From Minisyncoccota bacterium (GTDB lineage Bacteria > Patescibacteriota > Minisyncoccia > Minisyncoccales > GWA2-38-27), in assembly GCA_028687715.1 (NCBI GenBank), contig JAQTZP010000003.1, forward strand, positions 73,521-122,340: a DNA stretch of 48,820 bases, written 5' to 3'. The notes under the pieces were generated by a model. That model was not told the origin of the DNA, did not search any database, and worked only from the letters and a program-made list of their open reading frames with translations. Below, piece after piece: positions 26,329 to 36,471 of this stretch (the stretch's first letter is position 1; each line of letters starts with the position of its first letter). Both the position numbers and the translations under genes were made by a program.

Positions 26329-26856
26329 ATAGATAAAAACATCTTAAAGAAACCCTATATCAACAATCAAATAAGGGCAAAAGAAGTAAGAGTTATTGAT
26401 GAAAAAGGAGCTCAAGCAGGAGTCTTGCCTCTGGAAAAAGCTTTAGAAATGGCAAGGGAAAAAGAATTAGACCTGATTCAGGTAACTGAAAAGCTTGAAA
26501 TCCCTGTCTGCAGAATAATGGATTTTGGGAAATACCTTTATCATCTTAAAAAAAGAGAAAAGGACTCAAAGCCAAAAGGAGGAGAATTAAAAGTCATAAG
26601 ACTTACTTTTTCAATCTCAGAACACGATATGGAGACAAGGGCTCATCAGACAGAGAAATTCCTCAAACTGGGAGACAAAGTAAGAATAGAAATGAGACTA
26701 AGAGGAAGAGAAAAAGCCTTGTCTAATTTCGCCAAAGAAAAGATAGATAAGTTCATTGAGATAGTCAGGAGAATAATTCCTGTCAGAATTGAAAATCCTT
26801 TAAAAAGAGAGCCGAGAGGCTTGACAATGATAATATCTTACGATAAACAAGGTTAA
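26329..26856 (+). CDS. infC: translation initiation factor IF-3 (non-AUG start; exact start uncertain)
   Basis: The track ORF starts at TTG 26425, but the conserved IF-3 N-terminus (INNQIRAKEVRVIDEKGAQAGVLPLEKALEMA) lies upstream in the same frame, which is open from 26281. Candidate starts are ATT 26317, ATA 26320/26329 and ATC 26341. IF-3 genes classically use AUU/AUA starts. Confidence 0.8.
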   Translation: MDKNILKKPYINNQIRAKEVRVIDEKGAQAGVLPLEKALEMAREKELDLIQVTEKLEIPVCRIMDFGKYLYHLKKREKDSKPKGGELKVIRLTFSISEHDMETRAHQTEKFLKLGDKVRIEMRLRGREKALSNFAKEKIDKFIEIVRRIIPVRIENPLKREPRGLTMIISYDKQG

Positions 26857-26859
26857 TAT

Positions 26860-27048
26860 ATGAAAACCAGAAAATCTATTAAAAAAAGGTTTAAGATAAC
26901 TAAGACCGGAAAGATTCTAAGAAGAGCTTCCGGTCAAGACCATTTTAGGGCTAAAAAATCAGGCAATCTGAAAAGAAAGAATAAAAAATGGGTTATTGTT
27001 TCAAAAAATGAAGCGAAGAAAATAAGGAAAATGATAGGGAAAGTCTAA
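26860..27048 (+). CDS. rpmI: 50S ribosomal protein L35
   Basis: 62 aa. MKTRKSIKKRFKITKTGKILRR..H matches L35, and the gene sits in infC-rpmI-rplT order. Confidence 0.9.
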   Translation: MKTRKSIKKRFKITKTGKILRRASGQDHFRAKKSGNLKRKNKKWVIVSKNEAKKIRKMIGKV

Positions 27049-27061
27049 AATATTCAAATCT

Positions 27062-27409
27062 ATGGTAAGAGTAAAAAGAGGAAAAACCGCTCATAAAAGA
27101 AGAAAGAATCTATTAAAGCAGACAAAAGGATTCAAATGGGGAAGAAAATCAAAATACCGTCTGGCAAAAGACGCCCTAACTCATGCTTTAAAATATTCAT
27201 ATATAGGACGCAAAAACAAAAAGAGAGATTTCAGGAGACTCTGGCAGATTCAGATTAATGCCAAAGCAAAAGAACTGGGCATTTCCTACAGCAGATTGAT
27301 TCATAAGCTAAAAGAAAAGAAAATAATCCTTGACAGGAAAATCTTGGCGGAACTGGCAAAAAACAATCCTAAGATATTTGAGAAAATTGTAGAGAAATCA
27401 AAAGAATAA
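27062..27409 (+). CDS. rplT: 50S ribosomal protein L20
   Basis: 115 aa. MVRVKRGKTAHKRRKNLLKQTKGFKWGR matches L20. Confidence 0.9.
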   Translation: MVRVKRGKTAHKRRKNLLKQTKGFKWGRKSKYRLAKDALTHALKYSYIGRKNKKRDFRRLWQIQINAKAKELGISYSRLIHKLKEKKIILDRKILAELAKNNPKIFEKIVEKSKE

Positions 27410-27411
27410 AG

Positions 27412-27436
27412 AGCGCTTAGTGAAGCGCTTTTTATC
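27412..27436 (+). terminator. Rho-independent terminator after rplT
   Basis: agcgctt-agtg-aagcgct is followed by ttttatctt. It overlaps the stop of the convergent gene at 27432. Confidence 0.65.
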
Positions 27437-27710
27437 TTACTATCTTATCTTTTATTATTTTTACTCCTTCTTTTCTTAAAATAGATATCTTTTTATTCTT
27501 CCCCTTATTATATCCTCCTATTTTCCCATCGCTTCTTATAACCCTGTGACAGGGAATCATACAATCTCTATTTTTATTTAAAACATTTCCCACGGCCCTG
27601 GATGCTTTAAAAAAACCAGCTCTTTGGGCCACTTCTCCGTAGCTTAAAACTTGTCCTTTGGGAATCTTTCCAACAACATTATAAACCTTTTTTAAAAACA
27701 AAGAATTCAT
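27432..27710 (-). CDS. MGMT-family methylated-DNA--protein-cysteine methyltransferase, DNA-binding/active-site domain only
   Basis: 92 aa with the PCHRV active-site motif (MIPCHRVIRSDGKIGGY) and the helix VLSYGEVAQRAG. Confidence 0.8.
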   Translation of the reverse strand: MNSLFLKKVYNVVGKIPKGQVLSYGEVAQRAGFFKASRAVGNVLNKNRDCMIPCHRVIRSDGKIGGYNKGKNKKISILRKEGVKIIKDKIVR

Positions 27711-28134
27711 TTGCTTTTTTCAAGACTCTTTTTGCGTTTTTATGGGTAAGCTGTTTTAAAGCCTCATCATATCTAAGCCATTTATACCCAGTATGCTCAA
27801 AAGAAATACTCACATCTTTAGTTTTAGTTTCTGCCAGATAAAAAACAACTATTTTAAAAACCCAAGGAGCCTTGTCTTTTTCCTCCTTTTTAAAATTATA
27901 GCTCTTTCGGAAGAAGTACTTTATCTGTTCTTTAAAGCTGTCTGATATAATAATATCTTTAATCCCTGTTTCCTCCTCTACTTCTCTTTTTACCGTATCT
28001 TTATCTGATTCTTTATTTTCAATATGACCTTTGGGAAAATCCCAATGACCTGATTTATAATGTAAAAGAAGATAATAGTTTTCTCCTTTCTCTCTTCTAA
28101 AAATTACAGCTCCTGCTGATTTTTCTTTAGGCAT
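27679..28134 (-). CDS. NUDIX hydrolase (Ap4A hydrolase/NUDT2-like)
   Basis: 151 aa with the Nudix box GHWDFPKGHIENKESDKDTVKREVEEETGI. It overlaps the downstream MGMT gene start by 32 nt. Confidence 0.8.
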   Translation of the reverse strand: MPKEKSAGAVIFRREKGENYYLLLHYKSGHWDFPKGHIENKESDKDTVKREVEEETGIKDIIISDSFKEQIKYFFRKSYNFKKEEKDKAPWVFKIVVFYLAETKTKDVSISFEHTGYKWLRYDEALKQLTHKNAKRVLKKANEFFVFKKGL

Positions 28135-28170
28135 ATATATTAAGATTATATCAGGTATGGGAAATAAGAA

Positions 28171-28195
28171 AACACCCCTTTAAATAAGGGGTGTT
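28171..28195 (-). terminator. Rho-independent terminator after 28259-29392
   Basis: The minus strand reads aacacccctt-attta-aaggggtgtt followed by ttcttatttcc. Confidence 0.6.
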
Positions 28196-28258
28196 CTAAA
28201 TTCGGGCAATTGGGTTTATATAAATTTAGAAGTAAGAGTGATTTAGTTTATTTATTTT

Positions 28259-29392
28259 CTATAATCCAAATCTTTTAATCGCTTCTTCATTAGATTCATC
28301 ATATGTCTTATTCAACCATTCCGGCTCAAGGTTTATAGCTTTTTCTGCCACAAATTTAGATAAACTATTATCCCATTTATATAAAATATACCTTAAGCCT
28401 GCACTTGGACAACAATTAGCATCGCCTGATTTGTAGAGGGGAAAATATTTAATCAACCTACTCTTAACGATGAAAAAGCTAACATGACCCCAACTTGAAC
28501 CTATTTCTTCAGAAATAGGAGGGTCTGAATCTATTTTTAATTGCACTGGAACATTATTTTTAAGTTTAACCACAAATGGTCCAAAGGAACCGCTCGAACC
28601 CCCACTAAAAGCAGTGAAAGCTGCTTCTTCCTTTCCGTCGTTATCTAGATCAGCATATTGGGACGCATTGATTTTCTGACTCAATTCCGGAACCGCAATA
28701 CCGGCTTCAACTGCGAATTTACTTAAATCAATATTTCTTATGTCATCTTTTAAAACATTAGAGGCTTGAGTTTTTATAAACTTAAACGTAGAAAGCATCT
28801 GGTCAAAACGAAGAGTATCATAATCTTTTACTCTGCTATTTTGCGTAGTTTTATTCATGCAGAAAAACTCATAAATATTATTATCTTTTACAATAAATAT
28901 TGATGTAGCATTTGTGATTGTATTTTCTGGATCAAGATCAGTCGGCAAATAATCAATAACAAGCTTTTTTCCTTCAATTCCTTCAATATTTATATCTGTT
29001 ACAACTTTATTTTGATTTTGAGAACCCCTAAATATTTGTTCAACTCGTTGATCGGCAGTTAATCCTGCAGTATTTTTCAAAACTTCAATTCTCCACTCTG
29101 CTGGAGCTGCTGAATCATTTGAAGTTATCTCAAGGCTGTCTATAAAATCAGGCCAAGTCTCACCTGCTTCAGCAGTGGTATGTTTTATTGATAAATCCGA
29201 TGGAATAATTACTATATATCCTCCATTTTCATTGCGGTAAATATTTGATGATGTTTCTTCTATCTCTACTTCCTGATCAGGTACCCACCAATACTGATAA
29301 GCTAAAGTTATCCCAGCTACTATTACAGCTAAAACTAAGATGATTCCTATTGCTAAAGGAGTAGATATTCCTTTGTTTAGATAAGATTTCAT
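28259..29392 (-). CDS. secreted/anchored hypothetical protein with conserved KG-ISTPL N-terminal cassette (family member 3, two-domain)
   Basis: 377 aa with the same N-terminal 34 aa. The first domain ends at RFDQMLSTFKFIKTQ. A second domain follows, containing an FG-GAP-like loop DLDNDGKEEAAF. Confidence 0.75.
   Translation of the reverse strand: MKSYLNKGISTPLAIGIILVLAVIVAGITLAYQYWWVPDQEVEIEETSSNIYRNENGGYIVIIPSDLSIKHTTAEAGETWPDFIDSLEITSNDSAAPAEWRIEVLKNTAGLTADQRVEQIFRGSQNQNKVVTDINIEGIEGKKLVIDYLPTDLDPENTITNATSIFIVKDNNIYEFFCMNKTTQNSRVKDYDTLRFDQMLSTFKFIKTQASNVLKDDIRNIDLSKFAVEAGIAVPELSQKINASQYADLDNDGKEEAAFTAFSGGSSGSFGPFVVKLKNNVPVQLKIDSDPPISEEIGSSWGHVSFFIVKSRLIKYFPLYKSGDANCCPSAGLRYILYKWDNSLSKFVAEKAINLEPEWLNKTYDESNEEAIKRFGL
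29290..29392 (-). repeat. 103-nt 5' coding cassette, copy 3
   Basis: See 15581-15683. Copies 2 and 3 additionally share the next ~9 nt (acccacca, encoding WWVP). Confidence 0.9.
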
Positions 29393-29448
29393 ATGTTTTA
29401 ATTTTTAATTATTAACTTATTATTAAATGATACCCCCCTGAATTAGTG

Positions 29449-31164
29449 TCAATATCTGAAATTCTTTAATAATCTATTTAGCGGTTCTGTATTTATAATA
29501 TCTTTCTTTTCCGCCCAGCCCCGTCTTGCCTGGCTGATTCCGTATTCAATAAGCTTTAATTGGTCTTTATGGTGAGAATCAGTGTTAATCACCATCTTGA
29601 CCCCAGCTTCTTTCGCTCTTCTGATGTAGAAATCCTTTAAATCAAGCCTCTCTGGATAAGAATTAATCTCAAGTATTGTTCCCGTCTCTTTTGCTGCCTT
29701 TAAAATCTTGTCAAAATCAATCAGATACTCGTCTCTTTTCTGTATTAATCTGCCTGTTGGATGAGAAATAATGTCAATATTAGGATTTCTCATTGCTTTA
29801 ATTATCCTTTCAGTCATCTTTTCCTTTTCCATCTTAAAGCTTGAATGAACCCCGGCAATAACAAAATCAAGCTTTTTTAAAACTTCATCCTTTATATCTA
29901 TTAAACCATCGTTTAAGATATTTGCCTCACAGCCTTGCAATATCCTAAACCCTGATAATTCAGCATTAAGCTTTTCTATCTCTTTTCTTTGCCTTAATAA
30001 TTGTTTTTCATCTAGGCCATGCTCTATTTTCAAGAATTTCGTATGGTCTGCTATGCCGATATAATCATAACCCATACTGCGGGCTGTCTCTGCCATTTCC
30101 TTTATTGAGTTTGCTCCTCCGTCCCAGTCAGAATGAGTATGAAGGTCTCCTTTTATATCATTGTAGCCTATGATATCAGGAAGGCTGTTCTTTAAAGCAA
30201 GCTCTATCTCTCCTTCATTTTCCCTCATCTCCGGAGGAATCCAAGCCATGCCTATTGCCTTATAGACTTCTTCTTCTGTTTTCCCGGCTATCATCTTAGA
30301 ACCTTTAAATACTCCGTATTCATTAAGCTTTAAACCTTTATCCATGGCAGTGCGCCTGGTAAAGATATTATGCTCTTTTGAACCGGTAAAATACTGGAGA
30401 GCAGAACCGTAGCTTTTCTCAGGCACTACCCTTAAATCAACGTCAAATCCTTTTCTCATTCTTATTGAAGAACGGGTTGTCCCTTTACTCCATATCTTTA
30501 CAACTCCCTCTAAAGATACGAAGAAATCCATGACTTTTGAGGGATTCTTTGAAACAATCAAGATATCAACATCTCCTATTGTCTCCTTCATTCTTCTTAC
30601 AGAACCAGCAGTGCTTATTCTATCAACTTCTTTTAATCTCTTTAAAGAAGATATTATCTTTTTTACATCAGGCATTATTTCACCCAACAAGAACCTGCCT
30701 TTATCTCTTTTTAGAAACGCTATCCCTTCTATGATATTCTTTTCAGTTTTTTCCCCAAAGCCCCTTAAACCTCTTAACTTTTTGGCCTTAGCTGCTTTCT
30801 CTAAATCTTTTAGATTCTTAACCTTTAACTTCTCATAAAGAATCTTTGCTTTTTTAGGGCCCATCCCCTCAACTCTTGTAATCTCGTCCAGCTTAATAGG
30901 AAGCTTCTTTTTTAAATCGTCATAATATTTAATCTTTCCATGCTTTAAATATTCTTCTATTTTTAAAGCAAGATTCTTGCCGATCCCGGGAATCTCCTCT
31001 AGGGCTTTTAATCCGCCTTTTCTATAAACGTCTGATACATCTTCTTCTATAGTTTCTAAGGAAAGAGCTGCCTTAGAATAAGCATAAGGCCTAAAGGCAA
31101 TCCTTTCGGTTTTAAGATATTCAGCAATCTCATAAAATATCTTGGAAATCTCCTGATTCTTCAT
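29449..31164 (-). CDS. DNA polymerase X family protein with C-terminal PHP phosphoesterase domain
   Basis: MKNQEISKIFYEIAEYLK..RPYAYSKAA..IPGIGKNLALKIEEY (HhH motifs), a nucleotidyltransferase core (GSVRRMKETIGDVDILI) and PHP (GDLHTHSDWDGG). I chose the internal ATG at 31164; the longer ORF to 31242 would overlap the upstream gene. Confidence 0.85.
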   Translation of the reverse strand: MKNQEISKIFYEIAEYLKTERIAFRPYAYSKAALSLETIEEDVSDVYRKGGLKALEEIPGIGKNLALKIEEYLKHGKIKYYDDLKKKLPIKLDEITRVEGMGPKKAKILYEKLKVKNLKDLEKAAKAKKLRGLRGFGEKTEKNIIEGIAFLKRDKGRFLLGEIMPDVKKIISSLKRLKEVDRISTAGSVRRMKETIGDVDILIVSKNPSKVMDFFVSLEGVVKIWSKGTTRSSIRMRKGFDVDLRVVPEKSYGSALQYFTGSKEHNIFTRRTAMDKGLKLNEYGVFKGSKMIAGKTEEEVYKAIGMAWIPPEMRENEGEIELALKNSLPDIIGYNDIKGDLHTHSDWDGGANSIKEMAETARSMGYDYIGIADHTKFLKIEHGLDEKQLLRQRKEIEKLNAELSGFRILQGCEANILNDGLIDIKDEVLKKLDFVIAGVHSSFKMEKEKMTERIIKAMRNPNIDIISHPTGRLIQKRDEYLIDFDKILKAAKETGTILEINSYPERLDLKDFYIRRAKEAGVKMVINTDSHHKDQLKLIEYGISQARRGWAEKKDIINTEPLNRLLKNFRY

Positions 31165-31171
31165 AATATAG

Positions 31172-31807
31172 TTAAAATATTTTAGAAGGAGGAACAGGAT
31201 GAGGAATATTCTCTTTTGGAGATATCTCTTTTCTGATAACAAATAAAAGCAAAGCTGAAATCAGGTTGATTATTCCTGCCAAGAAAAATATCACCCTAAA
31301 CCCTAAAATACCCACCAATACTCCGCCCACAGCGCTCATAATGCCTGCTCCAAATCCTAAAACAGTGCTGTCAGTGCCCCATTCAAAAGCCTCTTTGTCT
31401 TTATCTACATGCCTTGAGAAAATAGCATACCAGGGAGGAACAAGCATTGCCATGCCTAATGCATGAATTACTTGAGACAGGTAAATATGCCATGAGGAAT
31501 AAGAAATCATAAAGCCGAACAAAGATAATGCTGTTAAAAAAGTGCCTATTGTCATAAACCAGAAATCATCTTTTTCCCCATGATTCTTATCCAAGTATCT
31601 TCCGATAGGCACCTGAAGAATTGATTTTACAACCCAGTAGTATAAGGTGGCAAAACCCACTATCTTAGCTGCTTCTACGGCATTATCATTGGTGATATTT
31701 TGAACAACGAATATGGCAAATATGGGAGATAAAAGCCCCCAGGCTGAGTTCAAAAAGAAATCACTGATAATTAGCGTCCTTATAATTTTATTGATAGGCT
31801 TAAACAT
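31172..31807 (-). CDS. six-TM membrane protein, MFS-like half-size
   Basis: 211 aa and hydrophobic. The loop motif PIGRYLDKNHGEK resembles the MFS 2-3 loop. The family assignment is tentative. Confidence 0.5.
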   Translation of the reverse strand: MFKPINKIIRTLIISDFFLNSAWGLLSPIFAIFVVQNITNDNAVEAAKIVGFATLYYWVVKSILQVPIGRYLDKNHGEKDDFWFMTIGTFLTALSLFGFMISYSSWHIYLSQVIHALGMAMLVPPWYAIFSRHVDKDKEAFEWGTDSTVLGFGAGIMSAVGGVLVGILGFRVIFFLAGIINLISALLLFVIRKEISPKENIPHPVPPSKIF

Positions 31808-31876
31808 ATATTTAATCTAATAATTTATATTCATTAATTATAGCTTTAAATTATCTATCCAACAACATCCAAGGTA

Positions 31877-31904
31877 TTGATTCTTTGAAAATAAAGAGTA
31901 TTAT
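31877..31904 (+). promoter_or_regulatory. candidate sigma70-type promoter for cdd
   Basis: TTGATT (31877-31882), a 16-nt spacer, then TATTAT (31899-31904), ~45 nt upstream of the ATG at 31948. In AT-rich DNA this has low specificity. Confidence 0.35.
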
Positions 31905-31947
31905 AAGGTAAGCTCCCTTGATGCTCTTTCTAATAAGGAGACTGAAA

Positions 31948-32412
31948 ATGAAAAAGACGTCTTATCATCATTTAAATAGAATCCAAGCAGAACTTTTAGA
32001 CAAAGCTGAAAAAGCAATGAAGATGTCATACTGCCCTTATTCTGGATTCTCTGTCGGAGCGGCAGTGCTTACAAAAAACCATGAAATAGTTGCCGGAGCC
32101 AATGTTGAAAATGCCGCCTACGGTTCAACCATCTGCGCTGAAAGAGCAGCTCTTGTATCAGCCAATGCAAAAGGACACCAGAGGGATGTTATAAAAATAG
32201 CTGTTATTGCTAAAGGAAAGAATCATCCAAGTTCAGAAATTACAGCTCCCTGCGGATCCTGCAGGCAGATGATTTTTGAATCAGCCCGGATATCTGGCTG
32301 CGACATAGAGATAATTATGTCTGACCCAGAGAAAGAAAACGTTATGATTTCTGCCATCAGCGAACTTCTGCCCTTGGCTTTTGGCCCTAATAGTTTAAAG
32401 TCTCCAAGCTGA
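31948..32412 (+). CDS. cdd: cytidine deaminase
   Basis: Zinc motifs are CAERAA and PCGSCRQ, and the N-terminal region reads SYCPYSGFSVGAAV. The ATG at 31948 is preceded by AGGAG at suitable spacing; the track ORF starts earlier at TTG 31918. Confidence 0.85.
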   Translation: MKKTSYHHLNRIQAELLDKAEKAMKMSYCPYSGFSVGAAVLTKNHEIVAGANVENAAYGSTICAERAALVSANAKGHQRDVIKIAVIAKGKNHPSSEITAPCGSCRQMIFESARISGCDIEIIMSDPEKENVMISAISELLPLAFGPNSLKSPS

Positions 32413-32417
32413 AACAA

Positions 32418-32460
32418 AAAGCGGCTTCCATAATGGATTGAGAAACCGCTTTTATTTTTT
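32418..32460. terminator. hairpin plus T-run between convergent cdd and HD genes
   Basis: aaagcggctt ... aaaccgcttt forms a stem with one mismatch and a 15-nt loop, followed by tatttttt. Confidence 0.45.
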
Positions 32461-32461
32461 A

Positions 32462-33103
32462 TCAGTTTTTTGGCTTTTTATTCTTGTAAAAACTCTTATC
32501 TATTCCGTCAATAAACTCTATTAAAACCGGGTCATCAATAAGCTCTTTTGCTTGAAGCCACCAAGGCCTTTGAGCCGGCTTTTTATATCTCTTCCAATAC
32601 TCTACTGCCTGCATAAAGCTTTCTATTCTATCGGTCTGTCTGAAAAACCTTCCTTCAGGGCTTAATCCTTTTTCATAATCAAACCAGAGATTTCTTATTT
32701 CTTCTTTCAAACGCGCCGGCAGGTTTTTTACCAATTTCTCCAGGCCTTTCTTTTCTCTGTTATATTTCTCTTTCATCAGCCTCTTTTTTTCTTCTTCTGA
32801 AAAACGGGGCCAGCTCTTGGTAAGTTCAACCTGCTTCTTTTTATCTTTGGGAAGCAGAGAATTATAAGGAGTTGTATCTCCGGCATATACCTCGCACAAA
32901 TCATGAATCAAAGCCATTTTTAAAAGCTTTTCAATATTAAGATTTGTTTTTTTTCTCTCTCCCAATATCCAAGCCATTATGGCGACTCTAAAAGTATGCT
33001 CGGCAATGCTTTCAGGATTTTTAATATTCCTTATAACCCATCCCTTTCTGGGCATGCCTTTTAATTTTCCTATTTCGCTGAAAAAATTAATAATATCATC
33101 CAT
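32462..33103 (-). CDS. HD-domain phosphohydrolase (YfbR-like 5'-deoxynucleotidase family)
   Basis: 213 aa. ESIAEHTFRVAIMAWIL and ALIHDLCEVYAGD supply the H..HD..D metal ligands. Confidence 0.7.
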   Translation of the reverse strand: MDDIINFFSEIGKLKGMPRKGWVIRNIKNPESIAEHTFRVAIMAWILGERKKTNLNIEKLLKMALIHDLCEVYAGDTTPYNSLLPKDKKKQVELTKSWPRFSEEEKKRLMKEKYNREKKGLEKLVKNLPARLKEEIRNLWFDYEKGLSPEGRFFRQTDRIESFMQAVEYWKRYKKPAQRPWWLQAKELIDDPVLIEFIDGIDKSFYKNKKPKN

Positions 33104-33180
33104 AATTTAATTATACCTAAGATTTCACCAAAATAATACCCTCCTTAGGACAAAGGAAGGCTAAGAAAATAAATATTAAC

Positions 33181-33654
33181 CTAACTGTATCTGATTTTCT
33201 TTATTTTATAAATAGTTTTAATGGGAGAAGAAACTATAATCTCATCTCCGGACCTGTGCCCCAAAAGAGCCTTTCCCACTGGAGACTCGTTGCTGATTCT
33301 TCCCAAAAAAGGGTTTGCCTCAATGGTGCCTACAATCTCAAACTCATCATTGTCTTTGCCGTCTATTTCTACCAAAACTTTGGCGCCGAGAAATATCGTA
33401 TTCTGATTTTCTTTTGATGGCGGTTTAATTAGAACTGCATTCTTTATAATATCTTCTAGTTCAACTAATCTTGTTTCTAAAAAACTTAAGTCTTCCTGAA
33501 AAGAAATATATTCGGGGTTTAAATCTTCTGACTCCAAAATCTTAGGCGCTTCACCCTTGGTTTTTAAAAGCCTGAGCTTTTTTAATTCCTCATATTCTTT
33601 CTTAATATCCTCTAGTCCTTTTAAAGTTAGATAGAATTTCTTCTCTTGGGTCAT
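33181..33654 (-). CDS. greA: transcription elongation factor GreA
   Basis: 157 aa with an N-terminal coiled coil (LTLKGLEDIKKEYEELKK) and the C-terminal domain ISNESPVGKALLGHRSGDEIIV. Confidence 0.85.
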   Translation of the reverse strand: MTQEKKFYLTLKGLEDIKKEYEELKKLRLLKTKGEAPKILESEDLNPEYISFQEDLSFLETRLVELEDIIKNAVLIKPPSKENQNTIFLGAKVLVEIDGKDNDEFEIVGTIEANPFLGRISNESPVGKALLGHRSGDEIIVSSPIKTIYKIKKIRYS

Positions 33655-33660
33655 TTTTTC

Positions 33661-33691
33661 AAAAAAACTAACCTTTTTGAAGGGTTAGTTT
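33661..33691 (-). terminator. terminator-like hairpin in the greA leader, ending ~7 nt before the ATG
   Basis: The minus strand reads aactaaccct-tcaaaa-aggttagtt followed by tttttt and then gaaaaaATG. Confidence 0.4.
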
Positions 33692-33849
33692 CTTATCTTT
33701 TGATAAAGATTTCTCTTTTAACTAACCCGCTTTAAAAAATGATAATTTTAAACAATAAATATCACAATTAAAAACTACTGTCAATTCTGGACAAATCTTC
33801 TTTGAAATATAAATTTTTCTAATTCTTATTAACTTCATTTTACAATTTA

Positions 33850-33879
33850 ATTATATAACTTTAAAAAAGTTTATGTCAA
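33850..33879 (-). promoter_or_regulatory. near-consensus sigma70-type promoter (TTGACA-18 nt-TATAAT) upstream of greA
   Basis: The minus strand has TTGACA at 33879-33874 and TATAAT at 33855-33850. An alternative pairing is TATATA with a 16-nt spacer. The element lies just downstream of the groEL terminator. Confidence 0.5.
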
Positions 33880-33892
33880 GAGGCGCATCATC

Positions 33893-33917
33893 AAAAAATC
33901 CGCAGGGTGCGGATTTT
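33893..33917 (-). terminator. Rho-independent terminator of groES-groEL
   Basis: The minus strand reads aaaatccgca-ccc-tgcggatttttt, starting ~7 nt after the groEL stop. Confidence 0.7.
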
Positions 33918-33923
33918 CTGACA

Positions 33924-35603
<1,680 letters not shown>

Positions 35604-35616
35604 TTATAGCTGTTCG

Positions 35617-35907
35617 TTATTCTATAATCGCCAAAATATCTTCTTCTTTGGCTATAAGATAAACTTTATCTTCTATTTTTATTTCATTTGGGCTGTATTT
35701 GGTGAATAATACTTTCTGTCCGGGCTTTAGCTCCAAAGGAATTACTTTGCCTTGGGATGTTTTTCTGCCCGGTCCCACCGCTATTATTGTCCCTTGTTCG
35801 GGCTTTTCTTTTTCTGCGGTTTCAGGAAGCAAAATACCAGTCTTGGTTTTCTCTTCTTCTTTTGCTGGCTGAATGAGAATGTGGTCTGAAAGAGGTATAA
35901 CTTTCAT
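35617..35907 (-). CDS. groS: co-chaperonin GroES
   Basis: 96 aa. [41 protein letters not shown] is typical of GroES. Confidence 0.95.
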   Translation of the reverse strand: [96 protein letters not shown]

Positions 35908-35975
35908 AGATTAAATTGCAGAAATAAGTTAAGATAAATAAAACGTATTTATTTAAATTCCCTTATTTTCTGTTT

Positions 35976-36002
35976 TTAGCAAATAATGATATAGAGCGCT
36001 AA
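35976..36002. promoter_or_regulatory. degenerate CIRCE-like inverted repeat upstream of groES
   Basis: TTAGCAAAT-aatgatata-GAGCGCTAA compares with the consensus TTAGCACTC-N9-GAGTGCTAA. The N9 spacing is correct, one half matches 8/9 and the other 6/9. It lies ~70 nt upstream of the groES ATG. Confidence 0.45.
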
Positions 36003-36097
36003 TTAACGCATATTTTAATTTAGATAAACCAAGGCAACTTGTCAAGAGCTTAATTAAGGATTGACTCTTTTTTAGACTCTGATATGATGATATAATA

Positions 36098-36466
36098 ATG
36101 ACTGCTAAGTTAATTTTTAATATTATTTCAGGGATTTTAGGGATTTTCTTAGCCACTAAATTTGTTCCTAATATAGAGTTTAACGGTTCGGTGCCGATTT
36201 TAATTGCGGCGGGGACAATTTTGGGGGTTTTTAATTTTTTCATAAAACCAATCTTAAAAACAATCACCCTGCCCTTGAGAATAATAACTTTCGGGCTTTT
36301 CACCTTAGTGATAAATATGTTTTTAATTTGGGTGGTTGTTGATATTTTGTTCTACAAAGGATTTGAAGTCTACGGAATCATTCCTCTTTTATGGACTGCA
36401 GTCATTGTAGGACTGTTAAACTTAATCTTTGATTCTTATTCTCCAAAAAGGAAATACAGATACTAA
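36098..36466 (+). CDS. DUF360/YvlD-type four-TM membrane protein (phage holin 4_2 superfamily)
   Basis: 122 aa. GILGIFLATKFVPNIEF..FFIKPILKTITLPLRIITFGLFTLVINMFLIWVV is typical of the family. Confidence 0.7.
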   Translation: MTAKLIFNIISGILGIFLATKFVPNIEFNGSVPILIAAGTILGVFNFFIKPILKTITLPLRIITFGLFTLVINMFLIWVVVDILFYKGFEVYGIIPLLWTAVIVGLLNLIFDSYSPKRKYRY

Positions 36467-36471
36467 AAAAT

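Noticed and set aside
27432-28134. Overlapping NUDIX hydrolase and MGMT-domain genes as a possible defence or toxin-antitoxin pair.
   Set aside because: Both have ordinary housekeeping motifs (an Ap4A-hydrolase-like Nudix box and a PCHR alkyltransferase site). The 32-nt overlap fits the general compaction of this genome, and nothing else defence-like is adjacent.
35953-36303. A 116-aa minus-strand ORF spanning the groES upstream region and the start of the DUF360 gene.
   Set aside because: It overlaps the better-supported plus-strand DUF360/YvlD membrane protein and the groES regulatory region. Its sequence is a Lys/Ile-rich mirror of a hydrophobic gene.
36098-36466. A 'phage holin' family membrane protein as a hint of a prophage or lysis cassette.
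   Set aside because: The DUF360/YvlD family is widespread as a chromosomal housekeeping membrane protein. Its neighbours are groES and secG. No endolysin, terminase, capsid, integrase or att-like repeats are present.
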